64,000 bases of DNA, taken from sequence record PP496436.1; one strand, written 5' to 3'. Below the pieces are notes generated by a model. The model saw only the letters and a program-made list of their open reading frames with translations. It was not told the DNA's origin and did no database searches. Shown here in pieces: positions 27,947 to 37,032 of this stretch. Numbering within the stretch: position 1 is the stretch's first letter; each line of letters opens with the position of its first letter. The translations under genes were made by a program, and so were the position numbers.

Positions 27947-28562
27947 TGATCTTCAGGATGAACGAACGTGCTGCTTCGTTCAGTGTCTCGATACCCTCCA
28001 GTGCTTTCTTCTTGGCTGGCTTATACGGTGACAGACGTTGCTCGTCTACGTGTTCTATTGCACCGTCATAGTCGAAGTCGATGAACTCTGCTGACAGCAA
28101 CCAATAGGCACACGCACGAGACGCAGCGAAGTGGAACTCCAAGAGTCCAGCAGGGTATTCTCTCATAACACCCTGACCCTCATCATCGTGAAGAAAGTAC
28201 AGAGTATTGTAATCTTTGGGGCCGCCGGTGGTGAACTGGAAGGTGCGTTCCCCGATGTCCATCTTTTCGAACTCGGCAAAATCTGCTTCGTTGAACGGCC
28301 AGTCAACGGCCTCGATGGATTGAACGACGCCACCTATAGTCCAAGTATAGGTTATTATTGGCGAGTCACCCATCTTATTTATGCTGCCCTTGGAAACGGT
28401 CAGGACAGATACGTCTGGGTGCTGCATGGTCAGGAACAGGTTGCCGGTTTGCACATGAGACGGAACAAGTCCTATCTGCATGGCACGCTGATATTCGTGG
28501 CGGCAGTCCAACCTGATGTGCAGTTTCGGTTTGGGTTTGCGTACCGGGGCCTTAGGTGGCAT
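27933..28562 (-). CDS. Hypothetical protein
   Basis: 209 aa with GAGGA RBS, behind a promoter. Confidence 0.7.
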   Translation of the reverse strand: MPPKAPVRKPKPKLHIRLDCRHEYQRAMQIGLVPSHVQTGNLFLTMQHPDVSVLTVSKGSINKMGDSPIITYTWTIGGVVQSIEAVDWPFNEADFAEFEKMDIGERTFQFTTGGPKDYNTLYFLHDDEGQGVMREYPAGLLEFHFAASRACAYWLLSAEFIDFDYDGAIEHVDEQRLSPYKPAKKKALEGIETLNEAARSFILKIIADI

Positions 28563-28614
28563 GGTGTCTTCCTCGTTGGGTCAGTGGGCGGCGGCTTAGT
28601 GGCGCCGTGCTACC

Positions 28615-28643
28615 AGTATGGACTCATTTACCCAGTCTGTCAA
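28615..28643 (-). promoter_or_regulatory. Sigma70-type promoter with a GTAAAT motif in the spacer
   Basis: Minus strand TTGACA-GACTGGGTAAATGAGTC (17 nt)-CATACT. Confidence 0.7.
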
Positions 28644-28650
28644 GTCCAAC

Positions 28651-28683
28651 AAAAAGCCCACCGCCGGTTAGGGTCAGTGGGCT
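28651..28683 (-). terminator. Intrinsic terminator after RNase H
   Basis: AAAAAGCCCAC...GTGGGCT. Confidence 0.75.
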
Positions 28684-28687
28684 CAGG

Positions 28688-29350
28688 TCAAAACAAACTG
28701 TTCTTCGGTACACGTTGCGTCAATGCCTGCAATTCATCAAACGTAAATTGGAACCACTCATGATCTCCGGATACCAGACTATCCGTGGGCTTGGCCTTCT
28801 TAGCCTGCTTCAAGATCAGCTTTCGCTGTTCCCCGGCCAGCACATCTGCCCGTTCATTCCCTACGTTGCCTTTGTGACCACGCACCCATGACACCTTGGC
28901 ATTGGTCTTCTCTTTCAACGCTTTGGCACATAACCATAGGTCGAAGTTGGCGACTGCCTCTCCATTAGCTTTGAGCCCACCTCGACGCATCCAGCCATCC
29001 AGATGATCAGTGAATCCCTTCTGCACGTATTGGCTGTCGGTTATCACCTGAACGGGTCGTGGCACTTGCCCGAAGATCTGTCGGTGCAGCATGTTGTAGC
29101 GGAAGGCGTCAGCCATAGCTGCAATAACACCTGACAGTTCCATGCGTGAGATCGTGGTGTCGTTGTATCCGGCGGCACGGTGACTGACCTCCAATACGTT
29201 AGTCAGGTCATTGAACTGTGCACGCAGTGGAGATAACACGGGGGCATTCAGGTCCACCATGCGGACAGCAGCCCAACCGCCAATACGGTCTTTCGATCCA
29301 CAAGACCCATCGGTGTAGTACGTCAACGGTATGTTCTTCTTGCCACGCAT
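28688..29350 (-). CDS. rnhA: Ribonuclease HI
   Basis: YTDGSC, GGWAAV, RMELSGVI, ITDSQYV, WVRGHKGNVGNERADVLA. Confidence 0.93.
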   Translation of the reverse strand: MRGKKNIPLTYYTDGSCGSKDRIGGWAAVRMVDLNAPVLSPLRAQFNDLTNVLEVSHRAAGYNDTTISRMELSGVIAAMADAFRYNMLHRQIFGQVPRPVQVITDSQYVQKGFTDHLDGWMRRGGLKANGEAVANFDLWLCAKALKEKTNAKVSWVRGHKGNVGNERADVLAGEQRKLILKQAKKAKPTDSLVSGDHEWFQFTFDELQALTQRVPKNSLF

Positions 29351-29359
29351 GGTAGGACC

Positions 29360-30094
29360 TTACTTGGTGATTATCTTGTAGGTGAACAGTGCATCGGACA
29401 AGATGCGATGAACCCCGTCGGCTTTGTTTACGAACAGGTCAGCGATAGCTTCCGCATTGAGTGCCGGGTCGATCTGCCGAACGGCGCCATCACCCATCAC
29501 GTAGCCTTGATCCTGATCGCGGGTGCGTTCCTTGTCTTTCAGGATAGACAGGTGGATCACGCTACCGTAACGGAACATGATCTGTGCACGTCCGTGCGCG
29601 GTGCTCTGGATACGATCAACGCTGTCCACTACCACCTGACCGTACGTCTGTGCGGCTTCCATAACGTGAGCAATCATCGGAGACGCATAACCGGGAGTGC
29701 ACGCGTAACTAGAGCACTTCTGACCCAAGGTATGTTTCAGTGGATTGAACAACTGGAAGGCGGGCAAAGTCTTACCCATCGAATGTAGGCCGTTGTGAAC
29801 ATCAGTCTTGTCCGCCATCACGTGCCAGTTGCGCAGGAAGATCTGGCTACTGGAATGGACAAGATACGGGAGTCGCATCAGATCCTCCATCCGGTCCACG
29901 AACAAGTGAACGTCGATGATGAACTTGTTCTCCACCTTAGTCCACCGACCGGGATTGGTACGCTCGATCTCGAGGAACCCGGTTAGGGTCAGGGCCTCTA
30001 GAATTACACCCTTGGCAAGCAGTGCGTCCCGGTCGGTCAGGTTGAACAGGGATTCGGAATGATCCCGGTCGGTGATTAAGGTAATGTAATTCAT
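29360..30094 (-). CDS. Hypothetical protein
   Basis: 244-aa ORF in the operon. Confidence 0.7.
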   Translation of the reverse strand: MNYITLITDRDHSESLFNLTDRDALLAKGVILEALTLTGFLEIERTNPGRWTKVENKFIIDVHLFVDRMEDLMRLPYLVHSSSQIFLRNWHVMADKTDVHNGLHSMGKTLPAFQLFNPLKHTLGQKCSSYACTPGYASPMIAHVMEAAQTYGQVVVDSVDRIQSTAHGRAQIMFRYGSVIHLSILKDKERTRDQDQGYVMGDGAVRQIDPALNAEAIADLFVNKADGVHRILSDALFTYKIITK

Positions 30095-30112
30095 GGTAGG
30101 GTACCTGGGTGC

Positions 30113-30421
30113 TTACAACTTCTGAGGACTGACGGTGACAACGCGGATGTCGGCGACGCCCGCACTGATCTGTAGTTCGACTTTGATGAACAGGCTCTTG
30201 TCCTCGTTGGTGTAGTAATACACCGCGTTGGTACGCTTGAGGAAGAACTTTCCTTTGTTCTCACTGCGGTACACAGTGAAGTCTTCCATGTTGTCTTTCT
30301 TGAACGTGGTGAAGATCAGTTCACTGGTGATCTTGGCGACGGCTTTGGTGCCGAGGTCATCCAAGTCCCACTTTATCCCTACACCGGTGGACTGTTGCAC
30401 GAAGCTCGCGAGGGTAGTCAT
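30113..30421 (-). CDS. Hypothetical protein
   Basis: 102 aa, coupled to its neighbour. Confidence 0.65.
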   Translation of the reverse strand: MTTLASFVQQSTGVGIKWDLDDLGTKAVAKITSELIFTTFKKDNMEDFTVYRSENKGKFFLKRTNAVYYYTNEDKSLFIKVELQISAGVADIRVVTVSPQKL

Positions 30422-30909
30422 TTGGTCTCCAACACCCGAATGAAGTCGAGTGGATCTTTAATGATGGGGAAGAAGCAGTGTATTACCTTTTCTAATCCGG
30501 TCTGTGACGGGTGAGGATCATGGATAATCTTGCCGTCGTACATCACGACCATGTGCTGGCATCCACGCTTCGACGGCCCACCGGCTAGGTACAACGTAGG
30601 GAGTGCCAGATGAGTATCCCGCTGGGACAGGTGCATGCCACGGGATTCAAATGCCTCCTCCAAGTTGCACCAGAACGAATAGGAGCGTTCATCCTCGGCC
30701 ACCGTTGTATCATCTACACTCGGGTAGAACTTACCTATCTGTTCCAGTGACAGACCGAACAAAGTAGCCACACAGGCCTCTGTGCAGTTACCCGAACCGG
30801 GACTACTGGAATCGAAGAGGGTAGTCTGATTGACCCGGCGGGCCATGGGCAGCAAAGCCACCGCGTCTTCCTTGCAATAGAAATCTACGCTCATCGCACC
30901 AACATCCAT
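30418..30909 (-). CDS. Putative papain/C39-like peptidase-fold protein
   Basis: GNCTEACVATL (Cys) ... QHMVV (His) ... IHDP (Asp). Confidence 0.45.
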   Translation of the reverse strand: MDVGAMSVDFYCKEDAVALLPMARRVNQTTLFDSSSPGSGNCTEACVATLFGLSLEQIGKFYPSVDDTTVAEDERSYSFWCNLEEAFESRGMHLSQRDTHLALPTLYLAGGPSKRGCQHMVVMYDGKIIHDPHPSQTGLEKVIHCFFPIIKDPLDFIRVLETK

Positions 30910-31035
30910 AGGCAGGTTGAAAAGCTGAATGTATCCCGGCAGTCAGACCACGTGAAGTATTCCCAGGTGAAAGCTGCAATGATGATTGCGGCGATTGCGA
31001 GTAACCCCAGATTAGTAGTTAGCGCTGTATCCTTC

Positions 31036-31230
31036 TTACTCATGGTTGCCTCCCGCGTTGGCCGCGTCCAGAATGCGGCGGGCGAAACCTTTGCGCTCTG
31101 CCATGCGCTTCATAGCTTTGCCGATGGCACGACCGAACAGGGTTAATCCAATACGGCTACGCATCTCTGCCCGTAGCCGGGGTGTGGCACGCTGTGGAAT
31201 CTTCAAACCCCACCGATCTACCTTAGTCAT
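31036..31230 (-). CDS. Small basic hypothetical protein
   Basis: 64 aa with GGAGA RBS. Confidence 0.55.
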   Translation of the reverse strand: MTKVDRWGLKIPQRATPRLRAEMRSRIGLTLFGRAIGKAMKRMAERKGFARRILDAANAGGNHE

Positions 31231-31445
31231 GACTTATCTCCAGTCAGGGGTGTGACTCCCAGGTAATTGCCGATGCGCGGAATGAACAATGGGCAGGCAG
31301 TTACACAGACCCAAGCAACGGACATGGGGAACACTACCCCTTGCAACATCGACCAGCCACATGCAAACAGGATGATCAGACTAAGTACTGCGTAGTACGC
31401 GGACCAGATGATCAACCACCAAGCCTTACGGGACACGTTCTTCAT
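31227..31445 (-). CDS. Small membrane protein
   Basis: Start re-assigned to MKNVSRK (ATGA overlap with the helicase stop). Two hydrophobic segments. Confidence 0.6.
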   Translation of the reverse strand: MKNVSRKAWWLIIWSAYYAVLSLIILFACGWSMLQGVVFPMSVAWVCVTACPLFIPRIGNYLGVTPLTGDKS

Positions 31446-33049
31446 TTGTTCCACTCCTTGCGAGCCTTTAGCTGGGCTTCGGTAGGGGCCACCCGGAATC
31501 GTGTGTTCTGGGGCGACAAGTTCTTGAGCAGTGTGGTGGTCACACATTCGTGCGGCGTGATATGCAGCAGCAGGTCACTGGCTCGGGTATACGACACGTA
31601 TTGAACGTGGGGCAGCTGGCCGTCTTCACAGTCGAACCAGTCGTCGATCACCGCGACTCGTTCACTCTCCATCCCCTTCGCACCCCATGAGGTGTTAAGT
31701 TCCACACCTTTGCCGTGGTCATTGGCAATGATCTTGGTGATGAACGTCTTCACTTCGGCAGCGCTACCAAGGTCCCAGTTGGTGACGATGTACAACGCAG
31801 CGTCTGCGGCATCCTTGATCAGTGGTTCCTTTGCCTCCTTACGCAAATCATCCAACGCCTTAACGAAGTCAAGAGTGGACTTGCGACCACAACGCATGGC
31901 GACACCAATCACCTGCTCAAGCACTTTGGCTTTCTTGAAGGTAACCTCCAGTCCGCGATCCATGTACTCCAGCGCGATGCGGATCAGATGCTTGTTGCGG
32001 GCGCTGACCACACGCTGCACGTCGAACTTGATCATGCTCTTGATGCGGTACGGGTCCTTCTTGGTGTGCGCCGTCAGCATCTTGACTTGCCCACCCTCGG
32101 CGAAGGCTTCAAGCGGCACATCGGGGAATCGACCCTTGACGAACTCGACGATCTTCGATTTGGACCGGTACGTGGTGGTAGACGGCAATCTCTTAGCGTT
32201 GAACTCCTTGAACATGTCAGCCATGCCCGCGCTCAACCCACCTCGGAACGCATAGATGGCCTGCCATGGATCACCGACGAAGACGAACAACATGCCCGGC
32301 TTCAACCGGCGGAACAGGCGCAGTGTGTCATGCTGCACAAGGTTGAAGTCTTGGAACTCATCGACGAACAACACGTCCGGCAGGATCTTCGCCAGCGTGG
32401 CGTACTGCGTGCGGATAAAGCTGTTGGCCAGAACCATGCGGCTCATGTCGTTGAAGTCTACCGACGACGTGGTCTCATCACTGGCTTCCAGCGCCTCACA
32501 TATTTCAGGAAGCAGTGGCACCACCTTCTCATGGGGAATCAAGAAGCGGTACTTGCCGGTGATCAGTTCCTTGATCTGCTTGGGGTCGCTGTAGGGAATG
32601 CCCAATTCACGGATACGCTCTCCGTGCCAGCGGATGTCCTTGTTCACACGAGGCCCGTCTTGGGGGAACAGTGCGTCCACCACCTGGAACCACTTGTCGA
32701 ACATGATCGGTACGGCCTTGGCACCCGTCAACGTCTTGAACAACTCCAGCCCGTAGCTGTGCATGGTGGAACTGGAGACCGCCCGATCCTTAATACGCTG
32801 ATCGAACACCTTGGCGTTGTCCGTGTTGAACACGATGGCGCGCATGGTCAGCTTCGGGCACTCTTTACGAATGCGGCGGATAGTCTCGATGATCAGGGTG
32901 GTCTTACCCGATCCGGCACCGGCGTCGATGCCCACTGCGTCTTGTGGCTTGCCGGTGTACAAGTCTTTAGGCATCGACTTGGCTTTCTTCAAGATCTCGT
33001 TGAAGATGTCATTCTGTTGCTTGGACCAAACTCTTTCAGTAGTGGACAT
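31442..33049 (-). CDS. uvrD: SF1 UvrD/Rep-like helicase
   Basis: AGAGSGKTT, VDEFQD, VGDPWQAIYAFRG, TYRS, KGME, YVSYTRA. Confidence 0.92.
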   Translation of the reverse strand: MSTTERVWSKQQNDIFNEILKKAKSMPKDLYTGKPQDAVGIDAGAGSGKTTLIIETIRRIRKECPKLTMRAIVFNTDNAKVFDQRIKDRAVSSSTMHSYGLELFKTLTGAKAVPIMFDKWFQVVDALFPQDGPRVNKDIRWHGERIRELGIPYSDPKQIKELITGKYRFLIPHEKVVPLLPEICEALEASDETTSSVDFNDMSRMVLANSFIRTQYATLAKILPDVLFVDEFQDFNLVQHDTLRLFRRLKPGMLFVFVGDPWQAIYAFRGGLSAGMADMFKEFNAKRLPSTTTYRSKSKIVEFVKGRFPDVPLEAFAEGGQVKMLTAHTKKDPYRIKSMIKFDVQRVVSARNKHLIRIALEYMDRGLEVTFKKAKVLEQVIGVAMRCGRKSTLDFVKALDDLRKEAKEPLIKDAADAALYIVTNWDLGSAAEVKTFITKIIANDHGKGVELNTSWGAKGMESERVAVIDDWFDCEDGQLPHVQYVSYTRASDLLLHITPHECVTTTLLKNLSPQNTRFRVAPTEAQLKARKEWNK

Positions 33050-33081
33050 GGGTTTACCTTAACGCTTCACGGTTTCCATCC

Positions 33082-33113
33082 ATTTACACGAGGCCTATGC
33101 GCGTGGGGTAAAT
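33082..33113. promoter_or_regulatory. Divergent pair of GTAAATG motifs
   Basis: ATTTAC at 33082-33087 faces the helicase. GTAAAT at 33108-33113 faces the modification operon. Confidence 0.5.
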
Positions 33114-33176
33114 GAGCGTATAGCAATCGAATACGTGGAATTAGCCCTTAACGGCGTCCCCACTAGCGGAGAACAC

Positions 33177-34655
33177 ATGAAATCTGTAGCCGTTGACTAC
33201 CAAAAGATAGCCAAGGAATGCCAGTGTACCGAGCTGCCTTCTAAGGTAAGAGTTACGCGTGCACGGGTCTATCCAAACTTGAGGACGTGCCTACTCTTCC
33301 TCAAGTACGATGCCAAAGGCGATCTGGTGCAAGCCGAGATCACTGCGCCGTACGACACTTCCACCGAGCCAAAGGTGCGTGTGCTCAAGCACCCGGACAA
33401 GAAGTCCGACTTCCTTTCATTATATAGAGCGCTGATCCGCCATCAGATCATACCCGAGTCTATTCCGAAGAAAGGTAACGGGATTGCACCGACGCTGGAG
33501 GTAATCGGCACACTGGTGAGCCTGCTGCCGGAACGGGATGTCGAAACCTTCCGAACCCTGACCCCGGCCATCCAGACTGGCAGCGTCATGTACGTCCCTC
33601 TGGTTACGTCCCGGCCAATGCCCATGGTGCAACACTGGATACCCGTTGACCAGCATTCAGAGCTGGGCATGATCGAGCTGGTCGATACGGATAGCAAGCC
33701 TTTCCTTAATCAGTGGGTCAACAGGTTGAGCAACACCGCCACCGGTTATGTGATCTACACCCCGGAAGGCTCACACGGTCAGGAACTCGCCTGCTTCCGT
33801 GTGCCCAATGTGCAAGGAGAGGAACTGTGCGTGGTCAAGAAGGTGGACTTCACCCTTACCGTTGCTCGCACCCTCAAGCCGGTACTGACCGTCTCCACCA
33901 AGAGTACGCGTGCCGTATCCCGCATTCCCCTACCCCACTATCTGATGCTGCGCAATCACCACATCAAGGTTGGCACGGTTATTTCCCTGCGGCGTAACGA
34001 CCGAGGTGGGTTGGTGTACCATGAGACGGTGGCAGAGGAAGGGATGACACCTCTGCCACTGTGCCCACATTGCCATAGTGGATCTGTGCTGCGAAGTAGT
34101 AGCAATGACGTGTACTGCAATAACGATTCATGCCGAGGCCTAGCCATCGTGCGACTTCGCTACATCTTGAACAACAAGCTGGACGTCAAGTACCTGAGTC
34201 AGAACAAGGTGACGGCGTTGGTCAACGACAAGCAGGACCTGTTCAGCTTGCTCAAGACACCGACTCACCTATTGCGGCACAGAGCGGGCTTCGGTGCACG
34301 TACGGTGGATGCGCTGGAAGAGAAGCTGAACACTATCGCCGGTCTTCCACTGCACACGCTGGCCGAGATGTCCTGCGCTTTCTACAACGTGGGTGTGCCC
34401 CCGCTGGATGAGATGGTGTTCAAGAAGATCTTTTCCGTGATGTCGCTTGACCACCTGAAAGCACTGCCCTCCACCGGTAAGATGTACAGCCAGTTGCTCG
34501 ACATCGAAGGTATCCGCAACAACCGCGCAGTGGCTTTCCTCGCTGGTTGGCCTGCATTTCAACAGTGGATGATAGATCTTAACGCTGCCCTACAGTCTCG
34601 TAGCGCAATCTCCTCCACGGTAAATAACCCGAAACAAATTCGAGGTGTTAAATGA
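33177..34655 (+). CDS. Degenerate NAD-dependent DNA ligase-like protein lacking the KxDG adenylation motif
   Basis: OB-like VDFTLTVARTLKPVL..IKVGTVISLRR, C4 finger CPHC..VYCNNDSC, HhH-like GFGARTVDAL and IEGIRNNRA. Start re-assigned to ATG 33177 (GGAG RBS). Confidence 0.7.
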   Translation: MKSVAVDYQKIAKECQCTELPSKVRVTRARVYPNLRTCLLFLKYDAKGDLVQAEITAPYDTSTEPKVRVLKHPDKKSDFLSLYRALIRHQIIPESIPKKGNGIAPTLEVIGTLVSLLPERDVETFRTLTPAIQTGSVMYVPLVTSRPMPMVQHWIPVDQHSELGMIELVDTDSKPFLNQWVNRLSNTATGYVIYTPEGSHGQELACFRVPNVQGEELCVVKKVDFTLTVARTLKPVLTVSTKSTRAVSRIPLPHYLMLRNHHIKVGTVISLRRNDRGGLVYHETVAEEGMTPLPLCPHCHSGSVLRSSSNDVYCNNDSCRGLAIVRLRYILNNKLDVKYLSQNKVTALVNDKQDLFSLLKTPTHLLRHRAGFGARTVDALEEKLNTIAGLPLHTLAEMSCAFYNVGVPPLDEMVFKKIFSVMSLDHLKALPSTGKMYSQLLDIEGIRNNRAVAFLAGWPAFQQWMIDLNAALQSRSAISSTVNNPKQIRGVK

Positions 34656-35416
34656 ACAATCAAAACAGAACTCGTATCGCTGTGCTTGTCGGCGGCGGTC
34701 TGGACTCACATGCGTACATGGTATTGAAAGCCGACCAGCCTCAGACAGACTTCATTCATGTGGACTACGGCCAGCGGGTTGCAGTAGCCGAGAGAAACGC
34801 CGTGTTGCAAATGGCTGAGAAGCTGGGCATTGCCCGCAGCCGGGTGTACACGCTGATCTGCAACAAGAAGAATCACATGCGCAAGGTCAATGACGGTGTG
34901 GGTGTGTTGTTTGGCACCGGCCCGGTCGAGATGGACAATGCGTTTGTTAAGGGGCGTAACCTGTTCCTGATTCAGAAGGCCATCGAGCTGGGCTACGGTC
35001 ACGTGCACCTGACGCTGACCCAAGAGCGTGGCCGGATGTTCCCCGATGCCGATCTGGCATTCGTCCAGCTGGTGGACAACCTGATGCACCGCAGTTATGA
35101 CGTGAGGGTGTCCGCACCCTACATCATGGAAGACAAACACCGGGTGATGTTCAAGGCGTATCGGCACTGTCCCGAGTTCATCGATATGTCTTTCACGTGC
35201 TGGGTAGGTCCTTATGTGGAATGCGGAACGTGCCCGCACTGCTACAAGAAGGAAAAGATTCGAGCCGAGATGATCGTTGAGAAGATTGAATACGATCTCA
35301 GCAAGGATGAACGTGAGGCGCAGTGGGAGCAAGTCAAGGCAGGCTACGGCGACGCGTTGAAGCCCGCTGAGACCATCAACATGAACATTCAGGTTGTTGA
35401 CGGGGAAATGAAATGA
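34652..35416 (+). CDS. queC: QueC-like PP-loop ATPase (paralogue 1)
   Basis: GGGLDS, VDYGQR, FVKGRN, FPD, SFTCW..ECGTCPHC. Confidence 0.8.
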   Translation: MNNQNRTRIAVLVGGGLDSHAYMVLKADQPQTDFIHVDYGQRVAVAERNAVLQMAEKLGIARSRVYTLICNKKNHMRKVNDGVGVLFGTGPVEMDNAFVKGRNLFLIQKAIELGYGHVHLTLTQERGRMFPDADLAFVQLVDNLMHRSYDVRVSAPYIMEDKHRVMFKAYRHCPEFIDMSFTCWVGPYVECGTCPHCYKKEKIRAEMIVEKIEYDLSKDEREAQWEQVKAGYGDALKPAETINMNIQVVDGEMK

Positions 35417-36174
35417 ACAAGTTCTTAGGTTGGTTCAAGCGTCTGCTGGGTAAGGAGCAAAAGGCGGTAACGATGACAATGACCGACGCCAGTGGCAAGT
35501 TGGTCACCATTCATATACCTAAAGGTGCTGGGGTTGAGTACACCTTGTCGAAGTCGGGTGCCCACTTGAACGTCTCGGTCAAGGACGACATCTTCGTATT
35601 GAGCACGAACGGTGCTGGAGGCGGTGGGGGTGGCCGCGGTAGATCCAAACCTGGTGGCCCCGTCCATCCGCCCGTGCATCCGCGCCAAACCGTCCCAGTG
35701 GGTCCAGGCGCCCCGAACATGGGTTGCGCTGGGGACGCACCGAGTGGAGCAGGTGTAACGTCGCCAGTGGGCGCTCAAGCTTCGTTCCCTATCGGTGCCC
35801 GAGCCACTGTTTCTGGTGGTGGCCGCGTTGGTGGTCTGGCGGGTGACGGACGGGAACACAGAGAACTCGGAGGTGCACCCGGTCCCGGCGGAGATAGCTT
35901 CGTGCCCTCTCCAATCCGTAGTAGTGACCGAGCCTATCGCATCCGCGGTCTGTACTACGTCATTACGACTCGAAAGCTTACAGGTGAGGAGTACCCGACC
36001 CACGAACTTCTGCACTGGGGCCTTCGAGACATAGAACTCATGGGCAAGTTCTCAACGGTCCGTGAAGCTATCGACGAACTCAAGAGTAAGCTGGGTATCG
36101 TGTTAGACGATATTACGGACTATCAGGTTGACTCCATTCCCAAACGAATGTGCAAACCACCGCACAAATCTTGA
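35413..36174 (+). CDS. Gly/Pro-rich hypothetical protein
   Basis: Amphipathic N-terminus MNKFLGWFKRLLG and GAGGGGGGRGRSKPGG. Overlaps the queC stop. Confidence 0.6.
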   Translation: MNKFLGWFKRLLGKEQKAVTMTMTDASGKLVTIHIPKGAGVEYTLSKSGAHLNVSVKDDIFVLSTNGAGGGGGGRGRSKPGGPVHPPVHPRQTVPVGPGAPNMGCAGDAPSGAGVTSPVGAQASFPIGARATVSGGGRVGGLAGDGREHRELGGAPGPGGDSFVPSPIRSSDRAYRIRGLYYVITTRKLTGEEYPTHELLHWGLRDIELMGKFSTVREAIDELKSKLGIVLDDITDYQVDSIPKRMCKPPHKS

Positions 36175-36212
36175 GCGGGTAAATGGCTCGCAACTAATCC
36201 GGAGACACTAGA

Positions 36213-37031
36213 ATGACCACTACACCCCCGAAGATTCTTGTCGCATTCAGCGCTGGCACAGATTCAACCACTGCGGCCTACTACTATCGCAAGCTCGGCT
36301 ATCAGGTAACGCTGGCCGTGTTCGATGACGGCGCATGCAACGATCCGCTTGACCCTCTGTACGATCCGAACAAGCCGAAGGACTTGACCAACTTCTCGGA
36401 TGAGTTCTACGATTACGTACGGATTCACCAAGAGCATACGGAAGGTCATCTGCAGTTCGACTTCGTGGAGATTCGTTATCCGCAACTCGCATTGCTGGAA
36501 GCCAATAAGACGGCCAAGCCCGGTCGGGACAATGCGGCAGCAGCAGAGGCTGACGGCTTGGGCTTCTGGGTCGGCTTCAAGGGCCTGATGGCAATGTTGC
36601 TGATGAGCCACGGCGCCGCCAATGGTTACGAGGCAGTAGTCTTCGGCCACATGCCGTACAACAACCATTACGAAGATGAGCTGCCCCAGAACTTCGAGCT
36701 GCTGCGTCAGTACATGGTTACGGCCTATGGCAGCCGAGTGGAAATTCCTCAGATCTACCACCCGTTCTATCGACCTAATTTCGATACCAAGGAAAAGGTT
36801 ATTGAGCTGGCGCAGGCAATCGGCGTGCCCTTGCGAGATACCTATTCGTGCCGCCGAGGTGAAGTAGAAACCCGAGGCATCCTCCTGCCACTTCTGCGTG
36901 GCGGTAAATCCAACTACGTGAGCCCCACCTACCGCTGGAAGCATTGCGGTACGTGTGAGAACTGTGTCGAACGCAAGCGAGCCTTCGCGGCGCTGGGCAT
37001 GAAAGATCCTGCCCCTTATATGGAACATTGA
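36213..37031 (+). CDS. queC: QueC-like PP-loop ATPase (paralogue 2)
   Basis: FSAGTDST, HPF...TKEKVI, TYSCRRG, HCGTCENCVERKRAF..GMKDPAPY. Confidence 0.8.
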   Translation: MTTTPPKILVAFSAGTDSTTAAYYYRKLGYQVTLAVFDDGACNDPLDPLYDPNKPKDLTNFSDEFYDYVRIHQEHTEGHLQFDFVEIRYPQLALLEANKTAKPGRDNAAAAEADGLGFWVGFKGLMAMLLMSHGAANGYEAVVFGHMPYNNHYEDELPQNFELLRQYMVTAYGSRVEIPQIYHPFYRPNFDTKEKVIELAQAIGVPLRDTYSCRRGEVETRGILLPLLRGGKSNYVSPTYRWKHCGTCENCVERKRAFAALGMKDPAPYMEH

Positions 37032-37032
37032 T

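Noticed and set aside
34652-37031. Concluding the phage has 7-deazaguanine DNA
   Set aside because: No DpdA, QueE, QueD or FolE is visible in this window, so it cannot be asserted from queC alone.
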